64,000 nt of DNA, from NCBI RefSeq assembly GCF_018977255.1, contig NW_024704742.1:1924001-1988000 (forward strand). The letters run 5' to 3'. Shown here one piece after another: positions 11,571-23,654 of this stretch. Below the pieces are notes generated by a model, which saw nothing but the letters and a program-made list of their open reading frames with translations, was not told the DNA's origin and did no database searches. The position numbers and the translations under genes were made by a program. The DNA is from Callorhinchus milii. Lineage: Eukaryota. Position 1 is the stretch's first letter, and each line of letters opens with the position of its first letter.

Positions 11571-12636
11571 ACGCAGATTCCCGTATTAGCTTGGCAACGT
11601 ACGCAGCTCATCTGGAACTCCGTCTGCGGCTGCCAATTGATTTGTCTGATGCTTGGAGCTTCCTTTGCCCCCAGACTGACCCGTTAGAGGTCGGAGATAA
11701 TAATAGCATCTGGGTAAACAGTTTCACCGTGTAAACACGAGACCCTTCCTGGGACTTGCAGGATTCTTTATTTGCAAAGACTTTTGGAACTCCCAGCGTG
11801 TGAGACCGTATAAACGCCGACTCTATTTCTGTGAGGGAAGAGCCAGTTCTGGACGTCTCCACACTCACGCCACCTGAATCCTGCGATGCAGATTGACAAG
11901 GCACCTCTGTGGGACTGGGCATACTCAGAGCAGGGTTCATGCACAGATGCACACCCTTTGTTTCGCCTATTTGCTTCTCGGGGAAATCCGGCCGAATGCG
12001 TTTGTATTTGATGGACTCAGTTGAATGCACAAGATCACTGTTCATTCATAGCCATTTTCTGCCTGTCTAAAAATCGCTTGCTCTTTGGCAGGATTGGCTG
12101 CCGCATTCGGTTACGAAATGCACAGTCACTAAACTTTATGGTAGATCGTGTGACACATTTGGACAAGTCACCCTGTAAAAGGTGCTTTGGGTTATTATTA
12201 TTATTATATTGTTCTGATGAAGCAAGGATTATTATTAAGTGGTATTTCTGCGCACTTCTTTTCCTTCCCTTAGGAGGAATATATGGCTTTGTCATTTTCA
12301 GCCGAGTTCTTCCATCAAGTATCGCCTGGTGCCAATAAAATACTTGTCCGCAAAAAAAGTTGGTCCGTGCCTTCGGTTGGACTTGAGTAGACGCTCACAC
12401 AGACTGCAATTTGCGAGCTCAGCTTCTGTTCCATTTACCTTGAGAGCAGCCAACCTTGATGTTGCAGAATGCAAGTAATGACTCGCTCGGCCACTTTCGA
12501 AATGGTTAATCGCGATTGATGGGCGAAAGCTGCTGTTTTGTTTTCCAGACTTGACAATTTGCTTCAGGAGGCAATATTTTGCCGTGTTCAATGCTTATTG
12601 TGGCCGCGCACACACACACACACACAAAAAAAAATG

Positions 12637-13230
12637 GTAGGTAGGGGGATAGTAGGTTGGAGAGGTAGGAGGGAGCAAGGCCGTGAATGGCCTTGTAGGT
12701 GAGGATGAGGATCTTGAATTCGAGGTGAGGATGGGGATCTTGAATTCGAGGTGAGGATGGGGATCTTGAATTCGAGTAACCAGAAGCTGGGTGGGGAGGG
12801 GGTCTAAGCAGCAGGTGGTGGGCTTCATCTTGGTGATGTTGGGAGAAAGGGAGGAGGTTAGAGATGGGGGCAAAGGAGTGTAGGTTGGGGGCCATGGTCG
12901 GAGCTGTGGTAGGAGGAGTGGGTGATGGAGAAGGAATGGGGAGTGTGGAGGAGGAGGTGGCCAGGCAGATATAGTCTTTGGATTTGATAGAGCGCCTTAC
13001 CACGTCTTCGAGACGTCTCAAAGCTCTTCACAGAATACACTGTAAAGTGAATTAACTGTATATTTTGTGGGTGAATCTATCTTAGATATAAAGAAGTCCA
13101 GGACCTCTTCTCACTTGGCATCTGAAGTGAGGATTGAGGGGTTGAGAGGGGGCAGGTATTGGCGAACTGGATTTTTAGGTTGTTTTTGGCCTCGAGAATA
13201 ACCTGTGAATAGAAAGCGGATTTGGCTTGA
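12637..13230 (-). mobile_element. L2 LINE ORF2 fragment with large internal deletion and a nested SINE tail (~12970-13080)
   Basis: Minus translation gives EEVLDFFISKI, MKPTTCCLDPLPTQLL and FKILILTYKAIHGLAPSYLS, all typical of L2-clade ORF2. The RT core between the last two motifs is absent. Confidence 0.85.
12697..12776. repeat. 3 x 26-bp tandem repeat (AGGTGAGGATGrGGATCTTGAATTCG)
   Basis: Three consecutive near-identical units read directly. Confidence 0.95.
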
Positions 13231-13248
13231 GAGAGGGAGCAATGGTAG

Positions 13249-13279
<31 letters not shown>

Positions 13280-13644
13280 GCAACCTGTGAGTCTCAAGGG
13301 TGTGATTTATGTTCGAGTGTCATCTGCGTGTTTCCAGCTGGCGTACAAGCAACACATGTCACAATGTCAGCTCAGGCAATGTGCCAAATTGAATGGTGTT
13401 GATCAGGACTAAATGTAACAGGATTTAGTATTAAAACTTTATTACCAGTTAATACAGAAGTCTGCTGCCTGTAAGGGACGAGCGGTTGCATTTGAAGCAA
13501 TGGAGGTGGACTTCTGAGCTTGAAAGATTATTACGGGGCAGAATAGAGGGAACTTTACTCTGCGCCTATAGGCGTTATAACTAATCTTAGTTAACCAAGA
13601 TTATATTACTAAAATTATGCTATCCTTAGTTATAATAAATAAAT

Positions 13645-13947
13645 AAAATAATGCTTGCATTTGATGTTGCGCTTTTCACGTCTTCCAGACGTCACAAAGC
13701 GCTTCACAGGATATTCTGTAAAATGAATTGACTGTATATTTGTGGGCGAAAGCCAATTGAACACAGCAGCGTCCCGCAAACTGTCGTCGTTTGAGCGACC
13801 AAATTACTGTTTAATTTTTTTTTTCTTGAGGGATTATTATCAGGCGCGTGGAGTAAGGAAACTTGCCCAAGGTTTGGCCCTGCCGGGAATCGAACCCGGG
13901 TCTCTCGCTTGCGAGGCAAATGCTCTAAGCATTAAGCTACAGGGCTC
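13645..13947 (-). mobile_element. Full-length tRNA-Ala Deu-core SINE, short variant
   Basis: Reverse-complement head GAGCCCTGTAGCTTAATGCTTAGAGCATTTGCCTCGCAAGCGAGAGACCCGGGTTCGATTCCCGG, plus core and tail. Confidence 0.9.
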
Positions 13948-15289
13948 AGTTATCTTAGTTACCTTAATTGATGCGGTGTACCTAAAATAGTCATTTCCAA
14001 AGTAATAATGACCTTAACTTTCTGAGCACAATTCTTTTCGTTTTGTTTCAATCTGTTGAGCAGAATCAACCGAGACTCCTGCCATTTGATACCTCACATT
14101 TCGTAGCTCATGCACCCTTGAAAGACCCATAAAAAAGTAATAATAATCATCCTTGCATTTACCATAGCAGCTTTCACATCAGGAGGACGCCTCAAAAGGC
14201 TTCATAGGATTTACAGTAACTTTCCTACACCTGACTTACCTTTCTTCTAATTTCTTGAAGTTCCTAAAGTCGTACTTTTCAAAAAAAAAAATGTGCTTCG
14301 TGTACTCAAACGAAATAGCTTTCATTGGGTTAGTTTTGAAGCCACTCAAAAGGTAAGAGACTGACAATTGTCGGGGATATAGGATAGAAACAGACTTGGG
14401 AAGAAATGGGGGTCGGAAATGTAAATACACCGGTCTCGAAGTATAATCACAGTCTAGCTATTCAATGATCATTACCTATTCAATGAGGATCATTGAATCA
14501 TCATCATTGAGACTAATCAATTCAATAATTTGTCTGATACAGAATAAAGGTAATACAACAATATTAAATGTGTCGCTTTTGTAATTGTGAAATGTAGGGA
14601 TAAGCTGAATGAATTTCATAATTTCTGAACAGTAGAAAATAATAATAATCATGATAATTTGGTACAGCGCCTTTCGTGTTAGGAGAATGTTCCAAAGCCC
14701 TTCGAAGGATATCCTGTATAGTGCAGTGATTGTGTGTTTTTGTGGACTTAAGTCGGTGTATAAATTTATTCACAGTATTACTTCAGATCACTCATTGCAT
14801 CAGTAAATTTGCAGAGGTATCAAACCAGCTGATAATGTATAAGTAAGTCTACCCCGTGGTTAATAATTTCTAATGATTAGGCTACTAAAACAGAATTTTC
14901 CAACGCTAATTCTGTCTTAAAGGGTGTTTTTTTTTTGATGGCGACGAAAAAAAAAATAGCCATGTAGGGTTCTTGGCAGATGAAATAATTTCCTGGAGCC
15001 ACAAAACTAATTAAAAGAGGCAGGCGGCATCACGCAGCTGGTTGAAGTATTATTGTAAGACATTAGATAGCAGTCTCAGCGAGAGAACAGGGTGAAATTC
15101 CACGTTTCTGCTCTTCCGCTCGCACGTCTTGTGCCCTGGTGCATTACGGAACTTGCCGGTGTTGGCAATAACGTGTGTGGTCCACAACTTCTAGAGGGTC
15201 TGGAGCTGTCATTCGTTTAGTAGTTCCCAGCGAAGTGGACGCCAATAGGAAAATCACCAGTGGGCAACGGCTACCTCTTGCATCCGCGT

Positions 15290-15810
15290 GACGTCGGACA
15301 TTGTCTCTGAGCGCTTCACAAGGACAGGGTTGGGTGCCAAGGAAAGGGGGAAATGGGGAGGGGACCGTACCTGGGGTTGAAGGGGTAGGTTTTGGGGGGG
15401 GCATTTAAAGATAGATAGAGAGGGGTGAAACAGAGGGACGGAGGGAAGGGGGGGAAGAGGTGCAAAGGCTGAAGGCTGGGCCACCGGTGGTGGCACGGAG
15501 GAGGCGGGGGTTGTGCATCAGCTCCACGTCAGGTGAGCGGACAGGGCAAGTGGGAGAATGTGTTAGAGTTGGATCGGAGAGATGGAGAGGTGAAAAGTTT
15601 TGCAGCGATTTATAGATGTGGGTGAGGATTTTGAAGTTGAACCATTGGGAGAAAGGGGGAGCCTGGCGAGGACCGGGCTCATAGGCAGCCCTGAAGTTTG
15701 GTGCTGTGGTACCTTTTGAATCGTTGGAGGTTGTGGATAGTGGAACTAAGGAGGACCGGTGAGGCACGTGTTGGAAATGTCTATTTTAAAGGAAACAAGG
15801 GCATGTGATC
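15290..15810 (-). mobile_element. L2 LINE 3' fragment
   Basis: Minus translation FNFKILTHIYKSLQNFSPLHLSD and GGPAFS, followed by a pyrimidine-rich 3'UTR and an L2-type tail. Confidence 0.8.
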
Positions 15811-17524
15811 AGGGCTACATACTGGGTACAAAGCACCATGCTTCATCTTGGGTTTCAAACACACTAGTCCTCTATCCTTATCCTTTTAGCCCATACAATG
15901 TCAGTGAATGTGTGCTCCGATTACTCCAACTCTGTTACGTACACTTTTCTGCTTAAAAAAACTCCTCCCCACGCTTTTCCTGCGTGTTTTCGTGCCTCCC
16001 GTGTAATACGTTTTGCAGGTTAGACACTCTTTAACGAAATTGCCCAATTTTCTGGTTGTAAACTAGGTTTGAAAAGGAGAGCTATTTCAGGTTTTCAAGG
16101 GCCCTTGACGTTCGAAGGTTGCCACAGCCGTGTTCTCGTCACGACCGGCTTGACCTGTGAACTGATTTTCCGATGTCAACCGCTGGAGCTGGGTTGTGGG
16201 CTCCGGGACACCTTCTGTCAACCGCAAACAACGTCAGCAGTCTGACTGAACCTCAACCAGACGGTTTTGTGGAGTGCACCCCCACCTACAAAACTCGCTG
16301 CTCTCACTCGAGGAGTGACGTGGACAGACTCGGAGGGCGTGCAAATGGCCTGTTTCCGTGCTGTCCACGTTAAAAAGAATGCCTTTCCCTCAAGAAAGAA
16401 ATGAGGTGGGTCCCAACGTGCGATGTTTGCAAGCCCGAAAACCTGTCGTGGTCTGAGACGTAGTCAACCGTGTCGGGCGCTGTATACATAAATGCAAGTT
16501 ACTGTTGTCATTGCCTCTGTTGGTTTGTGAATGTCGTGCTTGCGAATCCCCCGAGATGGGTAAGCAACTTGGGCTTTACTAAAGCGTGATTCACAGTCCA
16601 CTAGGATTAGGCAAATATAGTGTCACTTTCCCCACCCCTTCCCCCCCACCCCACCCCCACCCATTGTGTGCTTTCTTGCTCTTAACAAGTTTCGTTGCAA
16701 CGACTCCTTTCGCTGTTCTCTGCCCTTGGAGTGTGAATCACCAGTTGCTGCACTCCCCCAACCATGTTCGGCAGCTGATTTAATGACACCATCTGGTGTC
16801 TCCACGGGCAACGGAAGTTGCAAGAGGAGGGAGACCAAAGGCTGTCTTTAGCAGCGGTGAACGGGTCGATCGCACGTACTGAGACGGGGCATAGACCCTT
16901 AACCGAAATAGCGTCACATTTGAATGTTCGAAGGTTGGCGTGGTCGTGCTTGTTTCAAGAGAATTACGGCAATTTTGGGGGCCTACTGTTTGAGCGTTTT
17001 AACTCGCCTGGGCCAATTCAAGTATGCCTGCGCTAGAAGCATACTTCTAGATACTTCCCAAACGACTAGGGAAGCTAACACATTTAACCATCAAAGCTGT
17101 TCTTCAGAACCCCAGTGATCCCAGATGATATTCTGCTTTATTACTTTTAATCACTCACAGCACAGCACAGCTAGACTTATATTAAGATGCTTTCAATCTG
17201 TGCATCCATCTGTTTTTCTGTCTATCCATCCACCGCTGAGACATGTCAACCACACACTTAAAAAGTGTTAATGAATTTTTACTTGGTTTGATTATTTTCT
17301 CTGATGAGTTCCTGCATTACTTTGTGAACTGGGCATGCCGGGAACTTGCTCTTCATTTGCCCACTGTCTGTGAACATGAATGTTATCTGAAGATTCAAAC
17401 CGCCTTGACTTACTCACCTTGTCCAAGGCGGTGAGGGGATTTGGATAGTAGATATGAACAAGAATTGCGCACTGTAGAGCACTTTGTCGGGTTTCCGCAA
17501 AATTCTGATTGAAATGAGCATCAG

Positions 17525-17755
17525 AGAACCTATAAGAACAGAAGGATTGCCAGACAAAAGAAAATTGAGGTCCGCCCAGTTTGCCTTCCATCATCTTGAC
17601 AGTCGTTTGCAGATGTCATGCCCCAAACTATAATACTGTAACCCTCAAGGTATTATTTTCGAACGGAAATCTTATCTAATTTGCTTTTGAAAGAATCAAC
17701 ACTTTCTGCTTCCACTGTCTCCACAAGGAGCCTGTTCCATGGAGTTACTGCTGTA
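17525..17755 (-). mobile_element. CR1 LINE 3' end fragment
   Basis: ATAAGAACAGAAGGATTGCCAGAC.. and CTTTTGAAAGAATCAAC..TTCTGCTTCCAC..CTGTTCCAT match the antisense CR1 3' end pattern also seen at 21825-22200. Confidence 0.55.
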
Positions 17756-20700
17756 TGGAACGGGCTAGGTTTCGAGGGTGAAACACGGCAGCCAATTGCA
17801 CACAGCAGTCAGTCATAACTACTCATTCCTTCAGAGTCAAGTTCACCCACTAAGAAACGACTGAGTATTTTATATAAGAGCAGCCGCTCCTGACAATCTA
17901 CCTGTGGATTTCATTAATTAAGACACCGTCAGCGGTGGCCTTTGTGAGTACGCAACTAATGTGAATCGGAACCCCGTAGAAGTCGTGATCTAAACCACTT
18001 CGGTGTGAGGTGGGAGAGCGTTTGATGGGATAGCGAAATGGCCCTGCCTCTCTGCACTTTCAATTATTGTGCAGCCAGCCAGCTGTGGGTATCTGCTAAA
18101 GCTTAATTAAAACTGATTATGTTGCTTCACCGGATGTCTTAGGCAAGTGCATCGGCTCATATGGTTCTCAGCAACGCAGACCAGAAAAGTCACACGCCTT
18201 GAGCCCTGTTGAGTTTGCTGAGCTCGGTTAGGCAGCTCAGAGGGATCTTTAGGGGCCGATACACTCGGCTTCAGTTTTTTTTCTGGGCAGAAGGGGTAAG
18301 GGAAAAACCGCACGGTTGTAGATTTTCATTCCTTATTTTCCTTCGGTGCATGTGCGCTCATGTTACGTGTGGAGGGATCGAGTGGGGGGGGGGGGGGGGT
18401 GAGGGGGCAGTATTTTATTTTAGTCAGCCGCGTGCGTGTCTGATACATGCAGAAACCCATCGCCGTGCTTAAGAGTGCCCAAACAAAACCAATCAAGCGT
18501 TTCACACGTGGACGGGCTTTTCTACTTGTTTTCCGTGGCGTTCACACTTTCCTCACAGAGGGTTGCACCCTGCTCACCGAATCCTGGAGAGTTTAGGCCC
18601 TGAGTTGGCAAGGGGCCGACACCAAGAATGTTCGTTGGGGTACTTGTGGAGTTACACCAGCAAAAAAAACACTTGCTGCCTTTCCAGGTAGGACCACCCT
18701 AGTTAGGGCTTTGGCCTGCAAAATTAACAGGGTCTGAACAGGAAGAATCCCTCGTCAGTGAATAAGCTGCTCCTGCAAATTCCGCTGACAAGCTCAGGTG
18801 GCTGATCTGTTGTTAACAACGCCTTGGAATACTGCAGAGCTGCCTGGCCCAGAAACTGGATGACTACGACAGTCACAGAGGATCAACTCGATTCCAATAT
18901 TTAATTGCCGGGCATCTCCGAGCCAAATGAGCCCACACTACATTCCCCCCACGCTCCTGGATTCAGAACGCCTTGTAAGGTGTAACTGGCAGAGAAAAAA
19001 ATCTGCCACAAAAAATATGCTTTTTCCAGGGAACCTTTTCCCCGGCGGTGTGTTACACTGACTCGCAGCTCCAGGATCTCTGAGCCTGTTTGCGAGACTG
19101 CGTGACATAGACAGAAGGAAAGGTATTTTACGTTCCAAGTCTCTATTTCCCATTGAGTGTTTTTTTTAATCCCATCATTCTGGCACAAGTTATCGATGAA
19201 AACAATTTGCTAGTTTCTGAAAGTTAGCTCCTAAGTATGGCTGGCAGAGAACTGCTCCCTGGATTTAATTCTCGCAAAATATCTGCTCTTTCAGACAATG
19301 TCGCAGTGTGCATTCCTCGTGCAGAATATAACACGTTACCACCTCTCAATTTCTCTCTGTCTCTCTTTGCAACCCGCTAATGGCTAGATAAACACATGTG
19401 TTTGCATTCCTAGGAAGCCCAACAAACAGAAATCTCAGATCAGTGACACAGGAGGATTATTTCCCACTATCTCCGTTTAATCCCATTTTAATTAGGTTTC
19501 TTTCAATGATTAATTTTATACTCGAACACTCTGCTGGTACGTTTGTACTGCAAACTATTGAAGCCTCAACTGCAAGAAGGTTCAAATGCAGTTTGCTGTA
19601 ATGTATTCCTTCGAATTACAGTGGGTAACTGAATTGAAAAATGCAGCTTTCATAAACACATTTGATGTGACAAATGTGAAACATCGCATTTTGCAATCCA
19701 GCAAATAATTTGAAAGCTGAGCCACTTATTTGATTGGCAAGATGCAGTAATCTTTCGTTTCTCCTCTATAATTTGCCCGACTGTTTTAGTTCAATTTGCA
19801 AACTTCATAACTGACCGGGCGATGAGGTGCACACAGTTGAAATCATTTCAAAGCAGGTCCATTTGGTAAATTTATTGCAGCAATTCACATTGGAGCCAGT
19901 GAGCTTTTCATAGACCAGCGTAAGGCAACTTAGAAGCTATAATTGACTAGCAGAGTGCAGGCACTGTTGTCCTCGATGGAATTAATGCCGTATTTCAATG
20001 TTACCTCTGTGCTCATTGAACTCCTACTATGCAAAATCTGTCTCGGAATAGGCACTGCACTGCAGATTTTCGGAGTGCTTAAATGGAAAATTATGATAAA
20101 CTGTCAGGTATCTCTAAACATGTGGACGTACTCTCATGCGTTAAGCAAGCTCGAGGATTTCACAGTGAATGACAAGTCGAGCATTTTGGTTGGTTCATAC
20201 ATTACACAGCTGAACATTTCAGTAGATAAGACTGTAATAAATGGTAACCTGTCTCCATTTTAGAGGAAAATATCAGGCTACATGCAGTAGAAAGCTGTGT
20301 ATTTTGTTGTGATCTCAGTGAACGTCTGTGCTGCAGTATACTGTGTAAAAAAAGAGGTTTTGCCTGACTTCCCTCAAGGGCAGATGCTCAGTAAATGAGC
20401 TGGTGTCCGAGACTGATGGTTAATGATGACCATCCATGTTCCTATGTGTTCCTGTGAAGTAGTTAGGAAACAAATCATCTCAGGGCTCAAGTCAGTTCAA
20501 AAGGGATATGAGCGAAACGATTTCTTCCTTTTAAGGAGGGGGAAGTCGTACCATCACAATCAAAAATACATCAGCAGATCATTTGGTTTTGCTGATGGCT
20601 CCATGATACAGTGACCTAGATCATGGCATGGTCACGCCATTGAATATTCACATCCGTTTGTGATCTAAGGCCAGCAAAGATCCCCATACGATACTTGCTA

Positions 20701-20789
20701 TGTACTGTATACATTTGCCAAACACTATTACATCTCCCCCTGCCCCCCCTCCCCCCCAGCCCCCTATAAACATTTACTGTGTGGATTCC

Positions 20790-20955
20790 TGTTGTTAACC
20801 TATTTGTGGGACGCTGTGCAATTGGCTGAGGTGCTTTGCCCATAAAATACGCAGTCAATTCGCTTCACAGTAAGTGCGTGAAGTGCTTTTTAACGTCGTC
20901 CGAAAGATGTGGTAAGGCACGACATCAAATGCAAGGATTATTATTATTATTATTT
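20790..20955 (+). mobile_element. 3' half of Deu-core SINE
   Basis: TTTGTGGGACGCTGTGCAATTGGCTG..CAAATGCAAGG(ATT)n. Confidence 0.85.
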
Positions 20956-21294
20956 TTGTCCCTTATTGCCCTTGTGCCTTTTCCAGTTGGTGTGTCTCCT
21001 GTCAAATCTGTGTGCAAAAGCAGCAGAGATAAAATCACACGGCCATGAGAAGTGGCTACTTCGGTGATTGTTGTCACTCCTACATGAACACTGCAATTTT
21101 GTTGTTGATGTTCTCAGAACCTAACCGTGCGGGGAAATTGAAGAGCAACAAAACCATGTAATGGACAAAGCTGTTCTTCACGCCCTTCTACTCCTGAGTG
21201 CCAGCGTGGACTGCTTGCAGTGGAAGAAGTTTATTACTTTTCTGAACACTTCAGAAGTGTCTTAATGGAAATGCCTCCATCATTGGCAAGGCGT

Positions 21295-21706
21295 AAACTC
21301 TGGCACTCTTACGTTGACAAGCTGTTAAGGTCCCTAACAGTAATGTCTTATCACCACTTATGTTGAGAGGGACGCTTATGTTGACAAATTGTTTAGGTTC
21401 CTAACAGTATTGTTTTATTACCACTTATGTTGATAGGATGCTCTTAAATTACTATTTTTTTGACTTACATGACTATTTTTGTAAATAAGTTCATGGAAAT
21501 GCATGTAAATCAATGGTTCGGTAATCTTAATGAAATATATGACTTTTCTTGGAGTAAATCAATGAAAATACATGTACATACACAGTACAGAAATTTTTAT
21601 CACAGAAAACTTATTGTCCACTTGTGACCACCTATGTCGACAAATCGCTCATGTCGACAAAATTCGAATGGTCCCTGACATGTCGACATAAGTAGATAGG
21701 ACGGTG
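21295..21706. mobile_element. Non-autonomous DNA-transposon relic (Tigger/pogo-like) with internal 67-bp tandem duplication
   Basis: Recurrent CTTATGTyGACA motifs, and the right end GGTCCCTGACATGTCGACATAAGTAGATAGGACGGTG carries the motif inverted. 21308-21374 and 21375-21440 are tandem copies. Confidence 0.5.
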
Positions 21707-21824
21707 CAAGGGTTTTACCACAAGTTGGCCAAGGTTATGAATGTACTTCATTTGTGTCTTCATTAGGTTGGCGCTAACAAGCATTTAATAGGATTTACCT
21801 GATTTATGTTTGCTTGCTTTACTT

Positions 21825-22200
21825 GACAGAGGTTTTTAAAACCATAAAAGGGTTTAATAAAGTAGATAATAGACTATTTCAACTTGTCGACCAGGCTATT
21901 ACAAGGGCGTGGATATAAGATAAGCAGGATCAGAGTTTAGAAGAGCTTCTTTAAGCAGAGGGTGATGAGAATGTGGAACTCGCTGCCAGCAACAGTGATT
22001 GAAGCAGGAAGCATCAAAGAATTTAAGAGGAAACTCGACACATACATGAGAGAGAAGGGAATAGAGAGAGGTGGGGGAGAAGGGAATAGTGGGGTATGGA
22101 GAGGCCATTATGAGGGACATGGTCACATGCAATGTAAACACCAGCAGAGATTAGTTGGGCTCAAGGGAAAGCTACGGTCCTCTACTTGTGTTATTTTGTG
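21825..22200 (+). mobile_element. CR1 LINE 3' end
   Basis: Encodes RVMRMWNSLPATVIEAGSIKEFKRKLDTYM, the CR1 ORF2 C-terminus. Confidence 0.9.
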
Positions 22201-23049
22201 CAATGTGATACTGCACACGTATCTTATTAGGAAGCATATAGTCTCACATAGATTGGGAAAACCCCGTAATAAACACAAAGTTACCCAGATCAGTACATTT
22301 ACTGAATGCGACAAAATGCACTCTTTGGTTTCACCTCCTGCGGAGTTTGCCTGTCTTTAGGGAGTGCGTGACGCTCTTTTGCTTACTATCCTTCCATCTG
22401 ATGTGCTTGGGTAAATAGGAGCTTTTGGCTGGCTATTCGCTGCAACTCTTTACATAGCGAATTTCTGAGGAAATTAAATGCATTTGGGAGTGCCATTAGG
22501 GAAATACTGACTGTCTGAGAGCGTCCTGAATGCATGTGTCTGATAGAATACCTTGGTAGGACCTTATTCAGAGAATGTCAGTCTTGCTGTTGAATAGATT
22601 TTGCTTTCAGTGATGAAAATACATTTTGTCACAGTGTTCTTTTTAAACTCGTCTTAAGAATCCCTTTTATTGTATAAAAATATCCATCTGAATGGATCTG
22701 CAATTAAGTTCAGCATTCAAAAGATCAGCTTGTGCGTTATGATGACAATATATTGGTTTGTTTCCCAAGAAAATGTGTTAAACTGTAAAACAAGTATTTC
22801 CTTTTTTCTTGAATAGCTAAATCTTGGGTAGAACCTTATAACACAGTAGTTAATGGGAATTTACATGGGTAACATTTGCAGTATTCCCTCGAGCGTTCCT
22901 GAGAGAAGAATAAGAATCTCAAGCCCAATGCTGTCCTCCCCTGATGGCTACAGAATAATCCTTGCATTTGATAAGCAGCTTTATCACTTCATCAGAACAT
23001 CTCATGGCCCTGAATAGAATTCACTGTGAAGGGGCATTGAGCCTGTTTC

Positions 23050-23320
23050 ATGTCCTTCGTCAAACTCACTCCTCCATCAGCTTACAGCATTTCTGCCCCC
23101 AACCTCTGGAACTGCATCTGGCCTGAAGTCTCTCTGACTTACTCCCTCCCTTACTTCATGCAAGGTCAGTTTCAGGACCTATCTCTTTGAACGTGCTTTC
23201 GGTCATCTTTCCCCTCGCCCACACCCACCCGCTCAGCTGGGGTTCCCAGGCAGCACCGTTAATTGGTTTGGCATATCCTCCTGATGCGAAAGAGGCTGCA
23301 TAAATGTAAATTCGGGTTGT
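23050..23320 (+). mobile_element. L2 LINE 3' end fragment
   Basis: CTGCCCCCAACCTCTGGAAC..GACCTATCTCTTTGAACGTGCTTTCGGTCATCT and a tail ending ATAAATGTAAATT. Confidence 0.7.
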
Positions 23321-23654
23321 AATATATTGCAGGGAGCACATATTTGTACGCAAACATAACAGCCAATGTACGCAGGGCAACATGTCTCAAACAGCCGTGA
23401 AGCCAATGATCAATTTTATCTGGAGCATGTTGACCAGGTCACTGGAAGGACATTTCCTTTTGTTTTAATAATAACAAATTGGAGTGTTGACCTTGACTTG
23501 TGAGCTCAAAGTCCCGGCTTGAACCCACAACCTTCTGACTCGGAGGTGAGAGTGCTACCAAATGAGCCAGGTTCCTGACAGCATCCGACTGAGCTCAACG
23601 AATAAGAGCTGGAAATCGAAACCCAGGAGCATTTTTGCCTACTTGGTCCATTTA

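Larger units (their letters stand above)
1230..12560 (-). pseudogene. Decayed type III (non-chordate-type, DN-/Hz-cadherin-like) classic cadherin pseudogene, apparently intronless, interrupted by SINEs
   Basis: Minus-strand translation across stops and frameshifts. EC-like motifs: GPTFFADKY (~12350), GSRVYTVK (~11735), GSLITEIYAIDS (10405-10440), SLVFKVR/LDSDTGS (10200-10243), GSVSI..KR/DKE (~9100), NGSFTFHV..IFDR..ILVENYIPAHLIGKM (8380-8650), SGYLKLQS..NVSAVE (~7760), QTGEVFT (~7515), MRVIDAAH..IISNTCRKTAVLQ (7245-7343), HDRDST (~6455), VLAKDSDG (~6055), FNIDHIEG (~5690), KFTAS (~5020). NC-like: NEDYLRILTGSLGRSKPER (4113-4170) and RLNQG (~3980). LamG-like: HTLHLKVRTKR (~2320). EGF-like: EDECPAEKCLLG (~1840). 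Cytoplasmic-like: IIN..DE..EDYE (~1500-1570), AYE (~1355), HDLTWL (~1285). Confidence 0.7.

Noticed and set aside
12697..12776. Short regularly spaced repeats as a possible CRISPR-like array (also 21308-21440, ~30979-31020, ~47392-47447)
   Set aside because: Head-to-tail tandem units without unique spacers, mostly inside eukaryotic repeats.
13280..13500. Possible N-terminal extension of the cadherin relic (LPELTL.., HADDT..)
   Set aside because: The motifs are too weak to separate from chance by eye, so this was left out of the called span.
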